From positions 1-13,065 of the forward strand of contig CAZOYL010000072.1 of the NCBI GenBank assembly GCA_964584035.1: a stretch of 13,065 nucleotides of DNA, given 5' to 3'. Positions 7,217-13,065 of this stretch are shown one piece after another. The DNA comes from an uncultured Gemmatimonadota bacterium (GTDB taxonomy: Bacteria; SM23-81). Under the pieces are notes generated by a model, which was not told the origin of the DNA, made no database searches, and was given only the letters and a program-made list of their open reading frames with translations. Made by a program: the position numbers and the translations under genes. Every line of letters begins with the position of its first letter. Position 1 is the stretch's first letter.

Positions 7217-9388
7217 TTATCGTTCCCGGAAGGATCCCCTGAATGCGGCCAGTGAGGAGGCGTTGATCAGATCTCGGTCGAACTCGCCGATCCGCTTGGA
7301 GGGCCCTGAGACGATCAGCTCGTTGGCCGAGAAAACGAGGTAGTAATAATTTTCCAGCGGATCTCCGACGGCCCCCGAGTCCACGAAGCTCCAGGCCGTG
7401 GTCATGGCCAGGGAGTCGCCGGGGGAGGGAATGAACAAAGGATCGGTATGACGGTAGATGCGGTAATGAGTCGCTCCCAGGATCGGCTCCCACTTGAGAT
7501 ACAGATGGGGCCGGAGGAGTCTCGTCCAGAGATGCTGGACGGCGGCCAGAGGTGCTCCCGTTCCCCGAAGGACCAGGGCATCGTCCCCGGCGTTGGTGAA
7601 AACCTCCACGATCGTCTCCTCGGTCTGGATGGCCAGGGGGGCGAAGGTCACCTCGACCGGCTCGATCTCTCCGGGAGCCACCGGGAAGGGGGTGTTGTCC
7701 TCCACCTCGAAGGCGGGGTGGTCCCAGTCCAGCTCGGTGACCTCCAGGGTGTCGGTTCCCGGGTTGGAGATGTAGCAGGTGTCTACTGCCTCGGTGCCCA
7801 CCACCACCGCTCCGAAATCGAGGGTGTCGGGCGTGACGGCCAGCACCGGACCGGAGCCGTAGCCGGTCACGGTAACCGGCCGGTCACCGTCGCTGGTCAG
7901 GATGGTGACGGTGCCGTTTTCCCGGCCCACGGCCGTCGGCATGAAGGTGATATCGATCTCCGCCCAATCGTCGGCGCTCACCAGGGAGTCGATCACATCG
8001 ATCTCGAAGACCGGGTTGGAACACTGCACATCGCAGATCTCCAGTTCCAGCTCGGAATAGATCCCCAGGTTGAAGACCGTATCGGTCATGGTGGATTCCT
8101 CATCGACGGGGACGTACCCGAAGTCAAAAGCCAGGGGATCGACCTTCAGCTTCATGGCATACCAGTCATCGGCTCCGGGGCCCCCATAGGCTCCCTGGTC
8201 GTTGCGCACCGTGCTCAATCCCAGGGGCTTGGCCATGCCCGGCCGGCAGGGATGCTCCGGGTCGTCATAGGCAGCGTCGGGATGGCCGGCGTCGATGCAG
8301 CCGGAGACATTGCTGAGATGGTAATCTCCGGCGCCGACGAAATACGGATCTCCGGAGGGATTGACCCCCTCCCAGGTGAGATGGGAATTCGAGTGAATGC
8401 TGTCCGGATGGACCCGGCACCAGGAGATGGTCACGTAGGGGCTGGTGGTCATGTAGATATCCGGGCCGTCGTCGTGGGCCTCGGCCGAGTTGGCCCAGAA
8501 GATACAGTTCCTGATCCGGGGAGTGGAGCCGCTGCCCGATATGTACATCCCCCCGCCTTGCTCTGCCTCGTTGCCGGTGAAAGTACAGTTCTCCAATTTC
8601 GAATAACCGCTCCAGAAGCTGTCGTCGATGTACAGGCCACCGCCGTCGCCATCCCCCTTGGCCTCCTCGTTTTCGGCGGTGTTGTCGGCGATCAGACAGT
8701 TGACCAGGCGGATGTCATTGTCGGCGGTGTAGATGCCGCCCCCGCCGCCATCGAATGCATAGTTATCGGTGATCTCGCAGTTGTAAAATTCAGGATAGAA
8801 GGGGTGAGCCCCCTGGCGGCTGAGGTACATACCGCCCCCGTCTCGAGCCTCATTATTTGTGAGCCAGCAATTGTTGACCCATGGGCTGGCATACTCACAG
8901 AACAATCCGCCGCCCTCATCCGGACTGTAGTTGGCATCGATGATACAGAAAGAGATGGTGGCGTAAACGGCGCCGCCGAGTTCGCCCAGACACCGGATGC
9001 CGCTTTCCTGGCCTCCGGTGATGGTGAAGCCGGCCAGCTTTGCGTCGCGTGTTTCTCCGGTCTCGAAGATGACCACGGCGGCCGAATCGAGGGCCTCGAT
9101 GGTGGTAGACTCCACATGATCGAAGCGCCCGTCGATGATGAAATGCGATGCCACGGTGATCTGCTTTCCCGTGAAATTGATGTTCTCGATATAATCCCCA
9201 TCGGCCACCAGAACGGTGTCCCCGGTGTTGGCGGCGTCGATGGCGGCCTGGATGCTGGTGTAGGGACTGGGCACCGTCCGGCGGACCGCCTCCGCGGGGC
9301 CGGTCAAAAAGATCACGGTGGAAAAGACCATGATGACCAAGACCATGGTGACAACCGCCAGCGTGGAAACCGGACGCGTTGAAGCCAT
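7217..9388 (-). CDS. Secreted right-handed parallel beta-helix (pectin-lyase-like/PMP-like) protein with two Ig-like (choice-of-anchor D/ASH-like) domains and an Fn3-like C-terminal domain
   Basis: The ORF track starts at 9403, but GGAGGA (9401-9396) sits 7 nt before ATG 9388. After the signal peptide comes VPSPYTSIQAAIDAANTGDTVLVADGDY.ENINF.GK.ITV, then repeated N.A..GGG.Y/NC.I..N coils and the end cap DYHL...CIDAG...RNDQGAYGGP. Two ~95-aa repeats follow (V.P..[FL]DFG.V.V..E..DT....N.G...LE......FE......TF.P.A...E...V...T..GD....G.G). Confidence 0.85.
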   Translation of the reverse strand: MASTRPVSTLAVVTMVLVIMVFSTVIFLTGPAEAVRRTVPSPYTSIQAAIDAANTGDTVLVADGDYIENINFTGKQITVASHFIIDGRFDHVESTTIEALDSAAVVIFETGETRDAKLAGFTITGGQESGIRCLGELGGAVYATISFCIIDANYSPDEGGGLFCEYASPWVNNCWLTNNEARDGGGMYLSRQGAHPFYPEFYNCEITDNYAFDGGGGGIYTADNDIRLVNCLIADNTAENEEAKGDGDGGGLYIDDSFWSGYSKLENCTFTGNEAEQGGGMYISGSGSTPRIRNCIFWANSAEAHDDGPDIYMTTSPYVTISWCRVHPDSIHSNSHLTWEGVNPSGDPYFVGAGDYHLSNVSGCIDAGHPDAAYDDPEHPCRPGMAKPLGLSTVRNDQGAYGGPGADDWYAMKLKVDPLAFDFGYVPVDEESTMTDTVFNLGIYSELELEICDVQCSNPVFEIDVIDSLVSADDWAEIDITFMPTAVGRENGTVTILTSDGDRPVTVTGYGSGPVLAVTPDTLDFGAVVVGTEAVDTCYISNPGTDTLEVTELDWDHPAFEVEDNTPFPVAPGEIEPVEVTFAPLAIQTEETIVEVFTNAGDDALVLRGTGAPLAAVQHLWTRLLRPHLYLKWEPILGATHYRIYRHTDPLFIPSPGDSLAMTTAWSFVDSGAVGDPLENYYYLVFSANELIVSGPSKRIGEFDRDLINASSLAAFRGSFRER

Positions 9389-9455
9389 CGAAATTTCCTC
9401 CATAAAAGTGATGATCTCCTGAATTCTCTATCATTCTTATGGTTGGCTCATTATC

Positions 9456-9484
9456 ATTGTATCATAAGGGGTCGTTTTTGTCAA
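9456..9484 (-). promoter_or_regulatory. sigma70-type promoter (extended -10) for the beta-helix gene
   Basis: TTGACA (9484-9479), 17-bp spacer, TACAAT (9461-9456), with TGn immediately upstream of the -10. Confidence 0.75.
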
Positions 9485-9613
9485 TCCCCTTTTTTATCGA
9501 GGAATTCGCCAGCGGGCCTTCCTTCATTATATATAGAAAAGGAAGCCGGGCCGAACCATGGAGGGTCGGAGGCAAGTCGCCGGACATGAGGGCGATATCG
9601 AGAAAAATTATCC

Positions 9614-9642
9614 TTGCCTTTGCGACAGAGGGGACGTATATT
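9614..9642 (+). promoter_or_regulatory. sigma70-type promoter for the leader/ABC exporter operon
   Basis: TTGCCT (9614-9619), 17-bp spacer, TATATT (9637-9642). The predicted start (~9649) coincides with the first base of the leader's closing helix. Confidence 0.65.
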
Positions 9643-9668
9643 AGAGCAACTTTCAGCGGGAGATCGAT

Positions 9669-9758
9669 ATGTTCAGATGGAAGGACATCATGACGGTGCC
9701 TGTTCAGGCAGGAATGATCCCGACGCCCAATTCATGGGGGGGGTATATCCACTGCTGA
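9669..9758 (+). CDS. Putative 29-aa leader peptide MFRWKDIMTVPVQAGMIPTPNSWGGYIHC
   Basis: GGGAG (9658-9662) lies 6 nt before ATG 9669. The TGA at 9756-9758 lies in the strand shared by the competing helices. Too short for the ORF track; translation is unproven. Confidence 0.45.
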   Translation: MFRWKDIMTVPVQAGMIPTPNSWGGYIHC

Positions 9759-9788
9759 AAGCGTTCGATCCAGATGTTCAAGAGCCAT

Positions 9789-9825
9789 CGGCCGTGGATA
9801 CTTTATGATCCACGGTCGTTTTTTT
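9789..9825 (+). terminator. Intrinsic terminator in the leader, upstream of the ABC ATPase gene
   Basis: CGGCCGTGGAT-ACTTTATG-ATCCACGGTCG-TTTTTTT: 11-bp stem (one G-U pair) plus U7, on the same strand as the ATG at 9968 and ~140 nt before it. Confidence 0.8.
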
Positions 9826-9967
9826 AGTTATCGCCTGTCGCTGACCGCTGATCGTCAAAAAATGGCCGCTTTTACGCGTGTCCGATTATGTCGATTAGCG
9901 GTGACCGCCCGACGATGACCGACCTGAGCAATTATCCATAGATAAAAAAACAGCGGAGCGCTGTCAA

Positions 9968-10783
9968 ATGAATCCCGCCATACATTGTCGCAAGATCACA
10001 AAAGTTTTTCGCAACAAGGGGTCCGGCAACGGAAAGGGTTTCTTTCGCCGCCACCGGAACAAAAAACCCCTGACCGCCGTGAACGCGCTCGACATGAGCG
10101 TGGACCGGGGGGAAATCTTCGGCATCGTCGGGCCCAACGGATCCGGGAAATCCACCCTGGTGCGCCTGATCTCCACCTTGCTGTTGCCCGACAGCGGCCG
10201 GATCGAGGTTTTCGGATTGGACGTGACCAAAGAGAAACTCAAGGTTCGCCGGATGATCAACCGGGTCTCCGTTGATGCCGCCTTTTTCAAGAAGTTGTCC
10301 TGCTGGGAGAACCTCAGCTATGCCGCCCGGCTCTATGGCGTTCCCATCAAGATCGCCAGAGAGAGAGCGGTCAACATCCTGGGCCGGTTCGGTTTCGCGG
10401 AAGACCGCATGCACCAGCCGATGGAGCACCTTTCCCGGGGGATGCAGCAGATGGTGGCCATTGCCCGGGCCTATTTCACCTCGCCGGTGCTGCTGCTGCT
10501 GGATGAGCCCACCACCGGTCTGGATCCCAAATCGAAGCGGCAGGTGCAGGAATTCGTGCTGCAGGTCCGGGAAAAGCATGATTCCACCGTGCTGCTGACC
10601 ACGCACGACATGGACGAGGCCGACAGGGTCTGCGACCGGGTGGCCATCATCGACCGCGGGCGGTTCGTGGCGCTGGATACTCCGGAAGGCCTCAAGCGGA
10701 TGGTGGCCCGGGAAGGTCAGACGGCCACCCTGGAGGATGTGTTCATGGAGCTCACCGGGAGAGACTGGGAGGAGGGGGAATGA
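9968..10783 (+). CDS. ABC-2 type (DrrA/CcmA-like) exporter ATP-binding protein
   Basis: 271 aa. Walker A GPNGSGKST, signature LSRGM, Walker B/D-loop LLLLDEPTTGLDP, H-loop LTTHDMDEA, and C-terminal TLEDVFMELTG typical of DrrA-like ATPases. GGAG upstream. Confidence 0.95.
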   Translation: MNPAIHCRKITKVFRNKGSGNGKGFFRRHRNKKPLTAVNALDMSVDRGEIFGIVGPNGSGKSTLVRLISTLLLPDSGRIEVFGLDVTKEKLKVRRMINRVSVDAAFFKKLSCWENLSYAARLYGVPIKIARERAVNILGRFGFAEDRMHQPMEHLSRGMQQMVAIARAYFTSPVLLLLDEPTTGLDPKSKRQVQEFVLQVREKHDSTVLLTTHDMDEADRVCDRVAIIDRGRFVALDTPEGLKRMVAREGQTATLEDVFMELTGRDWEEGE

Positions 10784-11577
10784 ACCAGACGGCGATGGAG
10801 CTGAAATCTCTTTACGCTTTCGTGGAGCGGCAATTCAACCTGGTCAAGCGTTACCTGGGCTGGGAGATCGTGTTCCTGATCTACACCATCGTCAATGCCC
10901 TGACCATCGGCTTCATCGGCGTCACTCAGGGCAAGGACACGGTGCTCTATCTGGTTGTGGGAGCTATGCTGTGGGGATTTCTCTCGATTCTGTTCCACGA
11001 GGTCAGCGAATCGGTCTCCTGGGAACGATGGGAGGGGACCATCGAATACACCTTCATGGCACCCGTGCACCGCTTCACCCACCTGGGCGGCATGTGCCTG
11101 TATGCCATTATCTACGGCATCATCAGAACCGGCGTGCTGCTGGTGGCGGTGGCCCTGTTTTTCCACCTGGATCTGCAGAACGCCAATCTGATGGCCGCGC
11201 TGGTGATCCTGGTGGTCTCCAGCCTGTCTTTCATCGGCCTGGGCCTGATCGCCGCCGTCCTGCCGCTGATGTCTCCGGAGAAGGGCTCCCAGGCCACCCA
11301 TATCTTCCAGGCGGTTCTGCTGCTGATCTCCGGCGTCTACTACGAGACCAGCATCCTGCCGTCCTGGATCCGGCCGCTATCGGTGATTTCTCCGGCCACC
11401 TATACCCTGAGGGCCATGCGGGCTGCGCTCCTGGACGGCCGCCCCCTGGGAGAGATGTGGTCCACGATGCTGCTGTTGCTGGCCACCGGGCTGCTGCTCA
11501 TCCCGCTGGGCCTGCTCGTTTTCCACCAGGCGGAGATCTTCGCCAAAAAAAGCGGCAAGTTGAAGAGAAGCGGGTAA
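10780..11577 (+). CDS. ABC-2 type exporter permease
   Basis: 265 aa with about six hydrophobic segments. Motifs ERWEGTIEYTFMAPV and LISGVYY..SILPSWIRPLS.ISPATY..RAMRAALL. ATGA overlap with the ATPase stop; RBS GGAGGGGG. Confidence 0.93.
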   Translation: MNQTAMELKSLYAFVERQFNLVKRYLGWEIVFLIYTIVNALTIGFIGVTQGKDTVLYLVVGAMLWGFLSILFHEVSESVSWERWEGTIEYTFMAPVHRFTHLGGMCLYAIIYGIIRTGVLLVAVALFFHLDLQNANLMAALVILVVSSLSFIGLGLIAAVLPLMSPEKGSQATHIFQAVLLLISGVYYETSILPSWIRPLSVISPATYTLRAMRAALLDGRPLGEMWSTMLLLLATGLLLIPLGLLVFHQAEIFAKKSGKLKRSG

Positions 11578-11637
11578 CAAGGCGGTCATCGACCCGATGG
11601 TGCGGCCGATGGCCATCGCGCTCGCTGCCGAGCATAT

Positions 11638-11672
11638 AAAAAGGCCGGACGTTTTCATCGTCCGGCCTTTTT
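11638..11672. terminator. Bidirectional intrinsic terminator between convergent genes
   Basis: AAAAAGGCCGGACG-TTTTCAT-CGTCCGGCCTTTTT: perfect stem with A5 before and T5 after, between the stops at 11577 (+) and 11727 (-). Confidence 0.85.
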
Positions 11673-11726
11673 CCACCTCTCTGCCAGCCACTGGTCGCCA
11701 GCCTCACAGCGGGCGGTCCCACCGGA

Positions 11727-12056
11727 TCACATCAACGATGCCAGTTCCAGTGAGGATTTGAGTTCCGCTGCTCCTTCCGCTTTGAGCTTGATGCGGTCGA
11801 GCGCTTCCAGGATCTCATCGGCCTCCATCACCGGGAAGGTCTCGATGCGCGCCAGGCCGCTCCAGGCCAGATTGGTTTCCAGGATGGCTTTCGGATCGGT
11901 CACCTCAAAGATGCGGTAAACACGATTCTCTGAGAGATCAACGACCTCCATGCGTATCTGCACGCCCTCGGGGACGATCGCATCTCCCAGGGCACGCTGT
12001 CTGACGATGGCCTCTCGGTTTGCCGCATCAAAGGTGAAGATGGACATGAACATCAT
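11727..12056 (-). CDS. DUF3303-like small protein (GYD-like alpha/beta fold), paralogue 1
   Basis: 109 aa with RBS AAGGAG. The pattern MxFMxIFTF...R......PEGV.....VDL...RV....E..DP.A......W..L..IE..PVM..E matches my recollection of DUF3303; the family call was not checked by search. Confidence 0.75.
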   Translation of the reverse strand: MMFMSIFTFDAANREAIVRQRALGDAIVPEGVQIRMEVVDLSENRVYRIFEVTDPKAILETNLAWSGLARIETFPVMEADEILEALDRIKLKAEGAAELKSSLELASLM

Positions 12057-12173
12057 GGTAATCTCCTTTTTGATGCAGCGCCCTCAAGCGCCGGAGGTTT
12101 CCGTTTGCAGTCTGTTCGATTGCTTCACCTCCCTTCGGATGTTTACCACCGCTCCGTTTCGGCCCACACGTAT

Positions 12174-12202
12174 ATTTTAACACATGGAGCGATTTTTGTC
12201 AA
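12174..12202 (-). promoter_or_regulatory. sigma70-type promoter (extended -10) for paralogue 1
   Basis: TTGACA (12202-12197), 17-bp spacer, TAAAAT (12179-12174) with TGn; AT-rich UP-like tract at 12203-12245. Confidence 0.75.
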
Positions 12203-12270
12203 GATATTTATCATATTTAATGAATTTTTATCAGCATATTTTCTTCTACCGAACTGCTCGCGCACTAGGA

Positions 12271-12302
12271 TTCGGGGCAGGTCAAAGCTGACCTGCCCCG
12301 AA
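12271..12302. repeat. Perfect 14-bp inverted repeat (REP-like or terminator-like hairpin)
   Basis: TTCGGGGCAGGTCA-AAGC-TGACCTGCCCCGAA between the two paralogues; no U-tract on either strand. Confidence 0.7.
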
Positions 12303-12370
12303 CGCGCTCTCCGATCCGATGGGGCCGACCGTCTTCCGGCAGGAGACGGGATCCTTTCAGCCGCAGGCGA

Positions 12371-12706
12371 TCAGATCTGCGGCTGGGAAAAGAAAGCAAC
12401 CGACCGCACGGGTCTCTCTCGATGGCGTTCCTTCTGGCTTATGCGGTGCAGCGCCTCCAGCACCTCCTCCGTTTCCATGACCGGAATGGTCTCGATATCT
12501 CCGAGATCGTTCCAGGCCATATTCGCTGCTAAAATGGCCTTGGGATCGGTCACCTCGGTGATGCGAAAGACCCGGTTCTGTTGAAGATCGACTACCTCCT
12601 GGAGCACCTGAACGCCTTCCGGTATCTTTTCGCCGCCCAGGACACGCCGTTTGACGATCCTCTCACGGTTTATCGCATCGAAGGTGAAGATCGACATAAA
12701 TAGCAT
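12371..12706 (-). CDS. DUF3303-like small protein, paralogue 2
   Basis: 111 aa with RBS GGAGG. By manual ungapped alignment, 60 of the first 89 residues are identical to 11727..12056. Confidence 0.75.
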   Translation of the reverse strand: MLFMSIFTFDAINRERIVKRRVLGGEKIPEGVQVLQEVVDLQQNRVFRITEVTDPKAILAANMAWNDLGDIETIPVMETEEVLEALHRISQKERHRERPVRSVAFFSQPQI

Positions 12707-12873
12707 TGGTTCCCTCCATGCTTGATTGGCGATAGGAGGGTGCTCCGAACATTTACCCCTCGATGGACATCGCCTCCTTCGATCTTATCGTTCATTTGAT
12801 TGCTTCCGAAGCGACAGAGAAAACGGAAGCACACCGGCCGTTTACCCTGATGATACGGCCTCAATGCGCCCAA

Positions 12874-12902
12874 ATAGTATGTCTAAATGAGGGAAAATGC
12901 AA
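12874..12902 (-). promoter_or_regulatory. sigma70-type promoter for paralogue 2
   Basis: TTGCAT (12902-12897), 17-bp spacer, TACTAT (12879-12874), with an A/T tract upstream. Confidence 0.5.
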
Positions 12903-12931
12903 GTATTTTTTTCAAAAAAGGTGGCCGCCGG

Positions 12932-13065
12932 CCGGCAGATAAAACTCTCCTCGATGAGCTGACCCGTGTCCACCCGGCAGATGAAGATTTCCTCGACAGG
13001 CTGACGGGCGTCCACCCGGCAGATGAAGATTTCCTCGACAGGCTGACGGGCGTCCACCCGGCGGA
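12932..13065. repeat. 42-bp tandem repeat, at least three copies, truncated by the window edge
   Basis: Unit CCGGCAGATGAAGATTTCCTCGACAGGCTGACGGGCGTCCAC is identical at 12974-13015 and 13016-13057. A diverged copy lies at 12932-12973 and a fourth copy starts at 13058. No spacers. Confidence 0.92.

Larger units (their letters stand above)
9649..9825 (+). promoter_or_regulatory. Candidate transcription attenuator / structured 5' leader
   Basis: Three competing helices: 9650-9659:9752-9761 (10 bp); 9746-9758:9788-9800 (12 of 13 pairs); terminator 9789-9799:9808-9818 followed by U7. Confidence 0.6.

Noticed and set aside
214..9382. Long plus-strand ORFs (214..870, 894..2843, 2943..4631, 5287..6012, 6283..6930, 7448..9382)
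   Set aside because: Antisense shadows of well-supported minus-strand genes, expected from GC-rich codon bias; no recognisable motifs or RBS.
9440..9466. Fur-box-like ATGATACAATGATAATGA over the beta-helix promoter
   Set aside because: No inverted half-site, and it is largely explained by the extended -10 element in an AT-rich tract.
9672..9690. TCAGATGGAAGGACATC, resembling SRP RNA domain IV
   Set aside because: Lacks the conserved CAGG...GGAA...AGCAG internal loop.
9614..9808. 64-aa plus-strand ORF from the track
   Set aside because: It starts at TTG within the predicted -35 box with no RBS. The 9669 uORF has a proper RBS and fits the structures better.
10430..10444. ABC signature LSRGM instead of LSGGQ
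   Set aside because: A common variant in DrrA-like ATPases; the Walker A/B, D-loop and H-loop are intact.
10737..11639. 300-aa alternate-frame ORF over the permease, and antisense ORFs over the ABC genes
   Set aside because: Shadow frames of the clearly identified ABC-2 genes.
12753..12770. Mini-ORF MSIEG* after AAGGAGG in leader 2
   Set aside because: The SD-to-ATG spacing is only 2 nt, and leader 1 has no counterpart.
12932..13065. CRISPR array
   Set aside because: The units are head-to-tail with no unique spacers, and there are no cas genes in the window.

Overview
GC-rich bacterial window. The FlgD/T9SS-like C-terminal domains and a TonB-dependent receptor suggest a diderm FCB-group lineage (inference). 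The minus strand carries a block of secreted or outer-membrane genes: a beta-helix/Ig-domain protein (7217-9388), a TonB-dependent receptor (5005-7023), and a three-gene operon of signal-peptide proteins. The operon encodes a 631-aa Fn3/CTD protein, a 671-aa OB-fold/FlgD-CTD protein and an LVIVD-repeat protein that runs off the left edge and is missing from the ORF track. A divergent ABC-2 exporter pair (9968-11577) converges, across a bidirectional terminator, on two tandem DUF3303-like paralogues. A 42-bp tandem repeat runs off the right edge. Six near-consensus sigma70 promoters, all with 17-bp spacers, can be read directly. The most interesting element is the ~320-nt leader of the ABC exporter. 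It holds a 29-codon uORF (MFRWK..., an R-X-K motif) and three mutually exclusive helices (anti-antiterminator, antiterminator, intrinsic terminator), which makes it a candidate unannotated attenuator. No mobile element, CRISPR array, tRNA or rRNA was seen.
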